From positions 1 through 64,000 of the IMG/VR virus record IMGVR_UViG_3300021138_000017: DNA of 64,000 nucleotides. The stretch is one strand, 5' to 3'. A program made the position numbers and the translations under genes. Below are positions 8,678 to 17,181 of this stretch, in pieces. The notes below the pieces were generated by a model. The model did not search any database, was not told where the DNA came from, and worked only from the letters and a program-made list of their open reading frames with translations. This stretch comes from a virus. The stretch's first letter is position 1; every line of letters begins with the position of its first letter.

Positions 8678-8974
8678 ATGAAATTAATTCAACAAGAATT
8701 ACCAGATGGAAAAATTATTCCAAGGTTAGAACAATCAAGATATGATCCATCTGATATTGTTGGCCGCACAAGTCAAGCGGCAGCTGATAAAGTTGGGCGT
8801 TATGAATTAATAATGATAGGAGCTACACGAGCTCGAGAATTAAAGGCAGGTCATGCCAAAAAAGTTAATTCTATACACGGTACTTTAGTTACTGCTATGT
8901 TGGAAATTGAAGCAGGGCTTATTGATCGCGATGAGTATATAATTAAAGCAATGGCCCCACAAAAACAAAGGTAA
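8678..8974 (+). CDS. rpoZ: RNA polymerase omega subunit homolog
   Basis: AADKVGRYELIMIGATRAREL..LVTAMLEIEAGLI matches the omega pattern ([33 protein letters not shown]). Confidence 0.8.
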   Translation: MKLIQQELPDGKIIPRLEQSRYDPSDIVGRTSQAAADKVGRYELIMIGATRARELKAGHAKKVNSIHGTLVTAMLEIEAGLIDRDEYIIKAMAPQKQR

Positions 8975-8986
8975 AGTTATGAATAA

Positions 8987-9079
8987 GGAGAGCTGGCCGA
9001 GCGGTCGAAGGCACCCGCCTACTAAGCGGGCATGGGCCTAAACAGTCCATCTAGGGTTCGAATCCCTAGCTCTCCGCCA
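8987..9079 (+). tRNA. tRNA-Ser, anticodon ACU
   Basis: GGAGAGC/GCTCTCC acceptor, G73, encoded CCA, long variable arm, CCCGC-CT-ACT-AA-GCGGG anticodon arm, GGTTCGAATCC T-arm. Confidence 0.92.
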
Positions 9080-9132
9080 AAAATTTCTAACTGACTTCTA
9101 GTCAGTGCTAAGTAAAATAGCAAAGGAGATAT

Positions 9133-9336
9133 ATGGCATCTAAATCACGCAAAACTTCGTTAACAACCAAAACTGGTAAAACACTATTGGGCCCACTTAA
9201 CTTAAAACAGTTAACTGACTTGATGAATAAAACATCTAGACCTAAAGAAAAATCTAAGATTCAAAATCGTATCAAGTTGTTTATTAAAAATCAAAAGAAT
9301 CCTAAAAAGGACACAGTAGTAGAAGTAGCAGAGTAA
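9133..9336 (+). CDS. small basic protein
   Basis: AAGGAG RBS; Lys-rich, 67 aa. Confidence 0.75.
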   Translation: MASKSRKTSLTTKTGKTLLGPLNLKQLTDLMNKTSRPKEKSKIQNRIKLFIKNQKNPKKDTVVEVAE

Positions 9337-9343
9337 AAATTAT

Positions 9344-9419
9344 TGGCTTATAGCTCAGTCGGTAGAGCGTTTGACTGTTAATCAAAATGTCCCTGGTTCG
9401 AGCCCAGGTAAGCCAGCCA
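9344..9419 (+). tRNA. tRNA-Asn, anticodon GUU
   Basis: 76-nt cloverleaf, TTTGA-CT-GTT-AA-TCAAA, G73, CCA. Confidence 0.95.
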
Positions 9420-9435
9420 AACACAAGGAAACACA

Positions 9436-9600
9436 ATGAGTAAATTAAGTGACACAATAAAAGCGGCATTAGAAAAGAAAAAAGGCATACACCATATAGA
9501 AGGTGATGATGCTCCTGCCGTAGAAAAAAAGATTAAAAAAGCCACCACTCCTACCCCAAATAAAAAACCGCCTACAAGATCAGCTGGCAGAGGACGTTAG
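9436..9600 (+). CDS. small basic protein (54 aa)
   Basis: AAGGAAACACAATG start context identical to that of the rpoZ-like gene; ends RSAGRGR. Confidence 0.65.
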   Translation: MSKLSDTIKAALEKKKGIHHIEGDDAPAVEKKIKKATTPTPNKKPPTRSAGRGR

Positions 9601-10200
9601 TTATAAATTGAATAACAGTTTTTTGGCATCATCAAAATAAAATGTTCCAGAATTTTGCGGGCGTAGTGTTAGGATTTTTCTGTAATTTTTAGAATTAAGA
9701 TTACTCCAACTATGATATATATCGGTATTAAATAGAATCATTTCATTTGGTTGCGCTACCATTGTTTTTATAGATTGAAATTTATTCATTGTTTTATAAT
9801 CTGGGTATACATTTCTTGTATAATTTGTATCCCCTACCAAAGTTAAATTTTCAAATAATTTATCCTCATACCAATAAGTTGTACATTTATCGTCTAGTAT
9901 ATGTAGATGTAAATTTATGCTTAGTCTATTGTTAAGACCATCTTTGTGTATGCCTGATCCTCCGCCTGGCATAGTGGTAAAAATAGCCACTCTATCCTTT
10001 TTAAAATCAATTTGTGTAGACATTGGCAACATAGAAATAATTTGTTCAGATGTTTTGATATCCAAAGTATCATGACTATAACCTAAATAGTTTTTTATGT
10101 TAATTGGAACTTGGTTTGAAACAAAATTTAATACATGGTTCAAACCTGTAAATGTAAATCTTATGTAATAAGGACTAGAGTCTTCGATGATAGTGTACAC
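9601..10200 (-). CDS. Fe(II)/2OG oxygenase-like cupin
   Basis: IHKD..YHSW..RKILTLR. Confidence 0.7.
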   Translation of the reverse strand: MYTIIEDSSPYYIRFTFTGLNHVLNFVSNQVPINIKNYLGYSHDTLDIKTSEQIISMLPMSTQIDFKKDRVAIFTTMPGGGSGIHKDGLNNRLSINLHLHILDDKCTTYWYEDKLFENLTLVGDTNYTRNVYPDYKTMNKFQSIKTMVAQPNEMILFNTDIYHSWSNLNSKNYRKILTLRPQNSGTFYFDDAKKLLFNL

Positions 10201-10219
10201 TCGAATATTTAGTAAACAC

Positions 10220-10248
10220 TTGACTTATTATTCATATTCTTGTATAAT
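10220..10248 (+). promoter_or_regulatory. sigma70-type promoter (leaderless)
   Basis: TTGACT-N17-TATAAT-N6-ATG. Confidence 0.75.
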
Positions 10249-10254
10249 AGTAGT

Positions 10255-10428
10255 ATGAATAACACAATGACCTTAGATTACGCCTGCGAAATTATTGAAA
10301 CTTTTGCAGAAGTAAACCAAATGGATGGGTTATCTGCCATCGAAGCTTTGGTAAAATATTATAGACAAATTTCACCCTTAGAGCGTAAGGCTCTGGAAGT
10401 GTTTATGGACGAAACCAAAAAAGGTTGA
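10255..10428 (+). CDS. small hypothetical protein
   Basis: ATG at the predicted +1; stop TGA lies inside the next -35 box. Confidence 0.6.
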   Translation: MNNTMTLDYACEIIETFAEVNQMDGLSAIEALVKYYRQISPLERKALEVFMDETKKG

Positions 10429-10453
10429 CTTTTTATTCTTTTAGTTGTATAAT
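10425..10453 (+). promoter_or_regulatory. sigma70-type promoter of the AAA ATPase
   Basis: TTGACT-N17-TATAAT. Confidence 0.8.
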
Positions 10454-10499
10454 AGCAGTATAGTAACATTTATTAACTCGTATATAAGGAACATAGCCC

Positions 10500-11585
10500 A
10501 TGTCAGACTCAAGACAAGTAACAACCGTACAAGCAAGACGTAGCTTGCTTAAAGCATTTAAACATCAACGCCCGTTATTTTTATGGGGTCCTCCAGGTAT
10601 TGGTAAATCCGAATTGGTTGCCAGTGTAACAGAAGAACTAGGCGGATACATGATTGACTTACGTTTGGGTCAAATGGAGCCAACAGATATTCGCGGTATT
10701 CCGTTTTACAATAAAGATTTAGGTAAAATGGATTGGGCAGAACCTATTGACTTACCTAGCGAAGAATTAGCAAGTCAGTATCCTGTTGTAGTATTATTTT
10801 TAGATGAAATGAATTCATCTGCTCCGTCAGTACAAGCGGCGGCTTATCAACTTATTTTAAATCGTCGCATTGGCAAATATAAATTGCCTAAAAATGTTGT
10901 AATGGTTGCCGCAGGTAATCGTGAATCAGACAAAGGCGTAACGTATCGTATGCCTACTCCGTTAGCTAATCGTTTCATACATCAAGAAATGAAAACAGAT
11001 TTTGCTAGTTGGCAGGATTGGGCAGTAACTCATAACATTAGTAAAGATGTTATTGGTTACCTTGGTTCTAATAAACAAGATCTATATGACTTTGATCCAA
11101 AATCTTCTAGCCGTGCGTTTGCGACTCCTCGCTCATGGAGCTTTGTATCAGAATTATTAGAAGACGAAGACCATGATGAAGATACAATTACTAATTTAAT
11201 TTCAGGTACCATTGGCGAAGGACTTGCTATTAAATTTAATGCTCATCGTAAAATTGCGGGACGTATGCCTAACCCGGAAGATATTTTATCAGGTAAGGTA
11301 ACTACTTTAGATGTTAAAGAAGTATCAGCTATGTATTCTTTAGTTATCAGTATGTGCTATGAACTTAAAGAAGCAGTAGATAAAAAAGTAGCTGACAAGG
11401 ATTTCCATACAATGGCAGACTACTTCTTTGCTTATATGATGAAGAATTTTGAAACTGAGTTAGTGGTTATGGGAGCTCGTATTGCTCTTACTGTTTATAA
11501 TTTACCATTCCAACCAACAAAGTTGAAAAACTTTGATGAGTTCCATAAAAAGTATGGTAAGTATATTCTTCAAGCATCAGTTTAA
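10500..11585 (+). CDS. MoxR-like AAA+ ATPase
   Basis: Walker A GPPGIGKS, Walker B LFLDE, AAGN sensor 1, PLANRF arginine finger, TPRSW. Confidence 0.92.
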   Translation: MSDSRQVTTVQARRSLLKAFKHQRPLFLWGPPGIGKSELVASVTEELGGYMIDLRLGQMEPTDIRGIPFYNKDLGKMDWAEPIDLPSEELASQYPVVVLFLDEMNSSAPSVQAAAYQLILNRRIGKYKLPKNVVMVAAGNRESDKGVTYRMPTPLANRFIHQEMKTDFASWQDWAVTHNISKDVIGYLGSNKQDLYDFDPKSSSRAFATPRSWSFVSELLEDEDHDEDTITNLISGTIGEGLAIKFNAHRKIAGRMPNPEDILSGKVTTLDVKEVSAMYSLVISMCYELKEAVDKKVADKDFHTMADYFFAYMMKNFETELVVMGARIALTVYNLPFQPTKLKNFDEFHKKYGKYILQASV

Positions 11586-11673
11586 CAACTACGGGAGGGT
11601 GGTGTAGTTTTATACACAGGGCTGTGTTCGCACCGACCTCCTACCTTTTTATGAGATACAAACAGGAAATATT

Positions 11674-11943
11674 ATGGCTAGAGATTTATATCCACATCTT
11701 GTCTTTGTTGTAGATACTGAACCATTTTATCACGATTTGATACGTCGCTATAACAGTTTGGGCACAGATTGTAATCAGGAAAGACTTGAGATCCGTAAAG
11801 AAATTGCTCAAAGATGCGAAGGTATGAGTAAATGGTTAGTTGAGCATGGCTATCAGTGTGGTAGAGATTATCAGCAGACTAGTTCGGGCTATAGATTTGC
11901 TAGTGAGCCATTGGTTACAATGTTTAAGTTGGTGTGGGGTTGA
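11674..11943 (+). CDS. small protein, FxL[KR][WYF] family
   Basis: C-terminus MFKLVWG. Confidence 0.7.
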   Translation: MARDLYPHLVFVVDTEPFYHDLIRRYNSLGTDCNQERLEIRKEIAQRCEGMSKWLVEHGYQCGRDYQQTSSGYRFASEPLVTMFKLVWG

Positions 11944-11955
11944 TGTAGAAAAACT

Positions 11956-12717
11956 ATGACTATACCAAATAAAATTGTCAATTCCATATATGGCCCTATG
12001 ATCATTAACAGTAATGATCAATATATAGGGCGTAGTATTGAACTATTGGGATCTTGGGCCAAAGACGATATTGAACTAATAGAAAGTTTTTGTAGCCATA
12101 TATTAGAACACAAACCCTCAATGACGTTTTATGATGTTGGAGCCAATATAGGAAGCCATAGTATAGCCTTGGCTAAGAAATTTGGTAATAGGATTTCTAT
12201 TAGAGCATTTGAAGCACAGCGTCAGATATACTATATGTTATGTGGTAATGTAGCAATTAATGGATTAGATAATGTTATCTGCGAATATCTAGCTGTAAGC
12301 AATAACTCTGACCAAATCATAGATATAGCACTACCTGATTATAATACTGTCAATAACTTTGGAGGAGTGGAATTAATCAAACCCCAACACAGTGATAATC
12401 AAAATATGATTAAGCCTAATACTGAATCTGTAGTAACTTGTACATTAGATAATTTTGATGAGTCAGTTGATTTTATAAAAATGGACGTTGAAGGTATGGA
12501 ACATTTGGCTTTGGCAGGTGCCGAAAATCTTTTAAAAAATCATAGACCTATTTGTTTTGTTGAAATAGCTAAAACTGATAAATCAAAAGTAAAATCTATA
12601 TTTCGAAATTTAAACTATAATGCCTACGAATATAACTCAGGAGATTGGATATTTTGTCCCGCAGAAGGCGGTTTACAAATGGAAGGCGTTGACAAGGTTG
12701 ATTTAAATGAGATATAG
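11956..12717 (+). CDS. FkbM-family methyltransferase
   Basis: YDVGANIG, AFEAQ, FIKMDVEGME, RPICFVE. Confidence 0.9.
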   Translation: MTIPNKIVNSIYGPMIINSNDQYIGRSIELLGSWAKDDIELIESFCSHILEHKPSMTFYDVGANIGSHSIALAKKFGNRISIRAFEAQRQIYYMLCGNVAINGLDNVICEYLAVSNNSDQIIDIALPDYNTVNNFGGVELIKPQHSDNQNMIKPNTESVVTCTLDNFDESVDFIKMDVEGMEHLALAGAENLLKNHRPICFVEIAKTDKSKVKSIFRNLNYNAYEYNSGDWIFCPAEGGLQMEGVDKVDLNEI

Positions 12718-12964
12718 TTTATATCTTGAACCAGAGGTAGGAAAGAAATTTAAATATATTTTAGAAATTGCTGGTATGTTAAATTTCCACAAGGCAAGGA
12801 ATTGGCTTACAGATACATATGGTCCTTGTGAACCATTGGCTCACGGCGATAAAGTTGATAACAAACATTGGACTTATCAAATAGTTTATGATCATTATGT
12901 GATACGTATATTTGATGATGAAGAATTATCATGGTTTAAACTTAAATATGGTGAACCTAATTGA
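12707..12964 (+). CDS. small protein, FxL[KR][WYF] family
   Basis: RNWLTDTYGP..WFKLKYG. Confidence 0.7.
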   Translation: MRYSLYLEPEVGKKFKYILEIAGMLNFHKARNWLTDTYGPCEPLAHGDKVDNKHWTYQIVYDHYVIRIFDDEELSWFKLKYGEPN

Positions 12965-13209
12965 ACTACTACTATGAACTAAAAGAAAATGGTACTGTAT
13001 TTGGTGAAGATTTAGGTCGTTATGTTGTCATGCCCGACTGTAGTCCAGCTAACGGCGGAGCTATGAATTATAGCCTACATGATCATTTGCTAAAATACAG
13101 CAGTCGTGTTTGGATTGAAAATGAAAACGGCGTAAGTCGTATTGATAATAGACCAGTAAATACCAAAGAATTTATTTGGATTAAATTAAAGGCCAAATCC
13201 GTCAAATGA
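12961..13209 (+). CDS. small hypothetical protein (family-related)
   Basis: coupled ORF ending EFIWIKLKA. Confidence 0.65.
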   Translation: MNYYYELKENGTVFGEDLGRYVVMPDCSPANGGAMNYSLHDHLLKYSSRVWIENENGVSRIDNRPVNTKEFIWIKLKAKSVK

Positions 13210-13442
13210 TAATGCGCTCAGACCCGTCAGCTACATTTAAACAAAATAAATTTCTATTGGCTGAAAACGGCAGTAGTCCTAGTTTAATGATTTTTGACTA
13301 CAAATGGTGGGCAGAGAACGAACGGGAAATATTAAATTGGATGGCGGAGAATTTGCCACGTGGCATAGACCATCATCAAGGTATGTTTGTGTACTTTGAT
13401 ACAAATCAAGAACGATTACATTTTTTACTAAGATGGTCATAA
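13206..13442 (+). CDS. small protein, FxL[KR][WYF] family
   Basis: LNWMAEN..HFLLRWS. Confidence 0.7.
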   Translation: MIMRSDPSATFKQNKFLLAENGSSPSLMIFDYKWWAENEREILNWMAENLPRGIDHHQGMFVYFDTNQERLHFLLRWS

Positions 13443-13711
13443 TGAGTAAAGATGAATATTATGCCAACACTAGTTCTAGAATAGATACCATTACTAGTAA
13501 CGATACGTGGGTTAAAATTGTTCGAGCTAAAGAAGAATTCAATGCTATACCCGAACATAACAGTTTTGATATCGATGGATTTGGTTCTTGGTTAACAAAT
13601 ACTTACGGGGTAAAATTAAATTATACCCATGACGGTATGATGTCATTAGATAATACTATATTAGATGAAAAAAAGTACCTTGTGTTTTTACTAAAATTTG
13701 GAGAAAAATGA
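13442..13711 (+). CDS. small protein, FxL[KR][WYF] family
   Basis: TAATG coupling; SWLTNTYG..VFLLKFG. Confidence 0.7.
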   Translation: MSKDEYYANTSSRIDTITSNDTWVKIVRAKEEFNAIPEHNSFDIDGFGSWLTNTYGVKLNYTHDGMMSLDNTILDEKKYLVFLLKFGEK

Positions 13712-14001
13712 AAGTAGAAATTAAACACAACTTAATTATCTTTGATGACCCACGAGAATGGGAGTCAATTAGTTTTGAAATAGTACGTGAGTATGGTGCT
13801 AGTATGCTTATATCTTGGAAATGTCGGCGAGAGTTAGGATTCTCAGTAAGACGCCATAAAGGACTCAAACCATATAATGGCGAAGATGACGGGCTGATTT
13901 TGCCTGGCAGATTTTACTATTCAGAACAAATACACTTAGATTTTTTCAACGAAGCCGCTCAAAGCTGGTTTGTATTAAAATACATAAAAGCGGAAGGTTG
14001 A
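13708..14001 (+). CDS. small protein, FxL[KR][WYF] family
   Basis: WFVLKY; stop codon inside the next -35 box. Confidence 0.7.
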   Translation: MKVEIKHNLIIFDDPREWESISFEIVREYGASMLISWKCRRELGFSVRRHKGLKPYNGEDDGLILPGRFYYSEQIHLDFFNEAAQSWFVLKYIKAEG

Positions 14002-14026
14002 CTTTTTATTGTTTTGGTGCTATAAT
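13998..14026 (+). promoter_or_regulatory. sigma70-type promoter (leaderless)
   Basis: TTGACT-N17-TATAAT-N6-ATG. Confidence 0.8.
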
Positions 14027-14032
14027 AGTATT

Positions 14033-14299
14033 ATGAAATATAAAATTACCAAATTAGATCGTAGGCACAATGGATTTGGATCTTTTAAGTATTCCATTAG
14101 TCCTATTTCATACTCTAATCGAGTAGACGACTTAATTGAACTTAGAAATTGGTGCTGGATGACTTATGGTCCAGGAACAGAGTTAAAATATTTTTCAGTG
14201 GGAAATACATGGGCTTGGAATACAGAATTTAATCATTTAAAAATCTATCTAAGATCAGACGAAGAAATGGTAGTTTTTAAACTTAAATACTATGGTTGA
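14033..14299 (+). CDS. small protein, FxL[KR][WYF] family
   Basis: RNWCWMTYGP..VFKLKYYG. Confidence 0.7.
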   Translation: MKYKITKLDRRHNGFGSFKYSISPISYSNRVDDLIELRNWCWMTYGPGTELKYFSVGNTWAWNTEFNHLKIYLRSDEEMVVFKLKYYG

Positions 14300-14324
14300 C
14301 TTTTTATTCAATAGACACTATAAT
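14296..14324 (+). promoter_or_regulatory. sigma70-type promoter of the vWA gene
   Basis: TTGACT-N17-TATAAT. Confidence 0.8.
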
Positions 14325-14353
14325 AGTAGTATAGTTAATAACAAGGAAGAATT

Positions 14354-15628
14354 ATGACCGCTAAAGGCACAACAGCAGATACTAAAGATTCTAGCAAATT
14401 CAAAGACTTACTGGGTCCTACAGATCCTAAACTAGACGCACAAGTACGTGAAAAACTTATTACTGCCAGAGTAGGCTTACTGCTACGTGCTAGTTTTTTT
14501 GGTAATTTGGCCACTCGTTTAACACTTGTAAATGCCGATGAGTGGTGTGGTACAGCGGCAACAGATGGACGTAGATTTTATTATAACAGTCGTTTTATTG
14601 ATATGCTACGCCCAAAAGAAATTGAATTTTTGTTTGGACATGAAGTTCTACATTGTGTGTACGATCATATGGGCAGGAGACAAGATAGAAATCCTAAACT
14701 TTGGAACATTGCCGATGACTATTGTGTAAATGCTGATTTAATCAAACACCGTGTAGGTGAGAAAATTACCACAGTGCCTTGTTTATATGATCCAAAATAT
14801 GAAAATATGTGCGCCGAAGAAGTATACGACATACTTTATGAAAACGCTGAAAAAATTGACATCAACGATTTGATTGAAAAATTATTAGATGATCACTTAG
14901 ACGACGGAGGTGGCGACGGCAGTGACGAAGATGAAGGCAGTGGTCGTCCTAAACTAAGCCAAGCAGAAAAAGACGCTATACGTGATGAAATTAAAGAAGC
15001 AGTACTAGCGGCTGCCGCGGCTTCAGACAATGCTGGTAATATACCCGCTGGCATTAAACGTCTTATTCAAGATATGACCGCTCCTAAAATGAATTGGCGC
15101 GAGCTATTACGTATGCAACTTGAATCAACTATTAAATCTGATTTCACTTGGATGAGATCAAGTCGCAGAAGTTGGCATATGGACGCAATTATGCCAGGCT
15201 TGAAACCCGAAGAAATGATTGATATTGCTATTGCCATAGACACATCTGGATCTATCGACGGTGACATGCTTAAAGATTTCTTAAGCGAGATACAAGGTAT
15301 TATGGAACAATTTGCCGCTTATAAAATACACTTGTTTACATTTGATACCAATGTACATAATCCACGGCAATATGACAGCGAGAATTTAGACAGTATCGCT
15401 GATTATGAACCTCAAGGTGGCGGCGGAACTGATTTTACTGCTATATACAGCTACTTAAAAGAAGAACAAATTGAACCTAAGCGTCTAGTAGTACTAACGG
15501 ACGGATATCCTTATGGTAGTTGGGGCGACGAACACTACTGTGATACAGTTTGGATAATACATGGCAGTAGCACTATAGTACCACCTTGGGGACAATATGC
15601 GTACTATGAAGAAGAAGTAACTCACTAA
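14354..15628 (+). CDS. HExxH metallopeptidase-like + vWA domain protein (DUF2201-type MoxR partner)
   Basis: TAATDG, HEVLH, acidic linker, MIDAS DTSGS..GGGGTDF..LTDGY. Confidence 0.9.
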   Translation: MTAKGTTADTKDSSKFKDLLGPTDPKLDAQVREKLITARVGLLLRASFFGNLATRLTLVNADEWCGTAATDGRRFYYNSRFIDMLRPKEIEFLFGHEVLHCVYDHMGRRQDRNPKLWNIADDYCVNADLIKHRVGEKITTVPCLYDPKYENMCAEEVYDILYENAEKIDINDLIEKLLDDHLDDGGGDGSDEDEGSGRPKLSQAEKDAIRDEIKEAVLAAAAASDNAGNIPAGIKRLIQDMTAPKMNWRELLRMQLESTIKSDFTWMRSSRRSWHMDAIMPGLKPEEMIDIAIAIDTSGSIDGDMLKDFLSEIQGIMEQFAAYKIHLFTFDTNVHNPRQYDSENLDSIADYEPQGGGGTDFTAIYSYLKEEQIEPKRLVVLTDGYPYGSWGDEHYCDTVWIIHGSSTIVPPWGQYAYYEEEVTH

Positions 15629-15636
15629 AGGATTAT

Positions 15637-15798
15637 ATGGACAAATTTAGATTGTGGTATTTTAAAAATCGCACCGAAATTACTTGGTTTCTGATGGGTT
15701 GGTTAACACTATCTGGGCTAGAAGATTTAAGTAATGGCAATTACGTTGGAGCTACAATGTCCTTAGTTTTAGCTTACATTAACTATAAACTCAAATAA
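15637..15798 (+). CDS. small membrane protein (53 aa)
   Basis: AAGGA RBS, two hydrophobic segments. Confidence 0.55.
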   Translation: MDKFRLWYFKNRTEITWFLMGWLTLSGLEDLSNGNYVGATMSLVLAYINYKLK

Positions 15799-15815
15799 TC
15801 TAAATTAATTTAACC

Positions 15816-15846
15816 AAAATGCCCCGTAAAAGGGGCATTTTATTTT
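15816..15846 (+). terminator. intrinsic (possibly bidirectional) terminator
   Basis: AAAATGCCCC-GTAAAA-GGGGCATTTT. Confidence 0.8.
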
Positions 15847-15877
15847 ATCGTAATATAAAATTCAGTTAAATATTATT

Positions 15878-16135
15878 ATGGAAAACATTACTCAAATCAC
15901 TTTATCGGATCTTGAAGCTTTAAGAGCTATCGTAGATCTCGCGGCATCTCGCGGAGCATTTCGCGGTGCCGAATTAACACAAGTTGGTGTTGTTTATGAC
16001 AAACTCACAACTTTTCTAAAAGCCGTAGTGGAGCAAGCACAAGCTGAAGCAAGTGCTACAGGCACTGTAGCTGATGGAGAAACTGATACAACTGATACAG
16101 TTAGTACGCCAATTGATTCAGCACAAGGAGGCTAA
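15878..16135 (+). CDS. hypothetical protein
   Basis: TAAATA-N5-ATG; ASRGAFRGAEL motif. Confidence 0.75.
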   Translation: MENITQITLSDLEALRAIVDLAASRGAFRGAELTQVGVVYDKLTTFLKAVVEQAQAEASATGTVADGETDTTDTVSTPIDSAQGG

Positions 16136-16136
16136 C

Positions 16137-16892
16137 ATGGCACAACAAATTAAACACGTAGGAAAAATAGGCGATAGAAAAATATTGGTACTATTTAGAG
16201 AAGTTCCGGGCGATACTCATATGTGCCTTGTTGTATATCCAGAAGTACTTAATGCGTCATGGCAAGATGCTATTCAGCGTGTGGTAGAAAGCGATATTGG
16301 ACAACAAGCTAATCAGTTAGCCGATGCTTTACATCGTTCCTTACTGCCAGATGGAAGACCAATACTTGAAACATTACATCAAGAACGTATGATTAAAAAA
16401 GTTCGTTGTGCTGATGTAATTATGACTCCAACTACTAATGCTAACATTCGTTTAGATGAACTTAATAAATTAATTAACGAAATGAATCAAGGCGAAGAAG
16501 CACGTAAGAAAATGGAAGAAAATGATGCCGCTCGCGGTATGGTTGATCCACAAGTTAAACGTGCTGCCGAGGCAAAATACAGAGAAGAACAATTGGCTAG
16601 ACAACAAGAATCTGAAAGTCGTTTTCAAATTCCCGATACACTTACAGCACCTACAGATGGTGTACTAAGCGATCGTGCTATTGCTGCCAATATGTTAGCA
16701 CAGGCAAAGCGTATGGAACAAGAAGCAAATTCCATGATAGCCGAAGCAGCTCGTATGAAGAAAGATGCTGAGCGTATGGTACCAGGTGTTAATCCATCAG
16801 AAGCTACATGGACCCCTCCTGTAGCGGAAGCTCCGAAGCGTCGTGGTCGTCCATCTAAAGCAACTGCCGCGGTGAACGATGCTGCCAATTGA
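16137..16892 (+). CDS. coiled-coil protein with C-terminal AT-hook (start corrected to 16137)
   Basis: GGAGG RBS before MAQQIKH; KRRGRPSK near the C-terminus. Confidence 0.75.
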   Translation: MAQQIKHVGKIGDRKILVLFREVPGDTHMCLVVYPEVLNASWQDAIQRVVESDIGQQANQLADALHRSLLPDGRPILETLHQERMIKKVRCADVIMTPTTNANIRLDELNKLINEMNQGEEARKKMEENDAARGMVDPQVKRAAEAKYREEQLARQQESESRFQIPDTLTAPTDGVLSDRAIAANMLAQAKRMEQEANSMIAEAARMKKDAERMVPGVNPSEATWTPPVAEAPKRRGRPSKATAAVNDAAN

Positions 16893-17181
16893 TGATGTAT
16901 TAGAACAGTGGGAGATTATTGTTTCGGAAGTAAACAAAACAGATGTCCCACTAGAATGTATTAAAAAAATTATTTTTAAATTAGACGATAAAAAACAACG
17001 TACTGTAAACTTACATACATTGGCAAAACAGGGTTTATCAATAGAAGACATTGAAGAAATTATTTCAAGAATGTTTGCCGAGTTAGAAGACAGAATTCGT
17101 GATGTAGATTTTATTGTTGATATTAAAAGTGTAGCGGCATTAGTTCAGCCGGAAACTGATAGACTGTTAGGAAATCTTTGA
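16879..17181 (+). CDS. hypothetical protein
   Basis: coupled 100-aa ORF. Confidence 0.7.
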   Translation: MLPIDDVLEQWEIIVSEVNKTDVPLECIKKIIFKLDDKKQRTVNLHTLAKQGLSIEDIEEIISRMFAELEDRIRDVDFIVDIKSVAALVQPETDRLLGNL

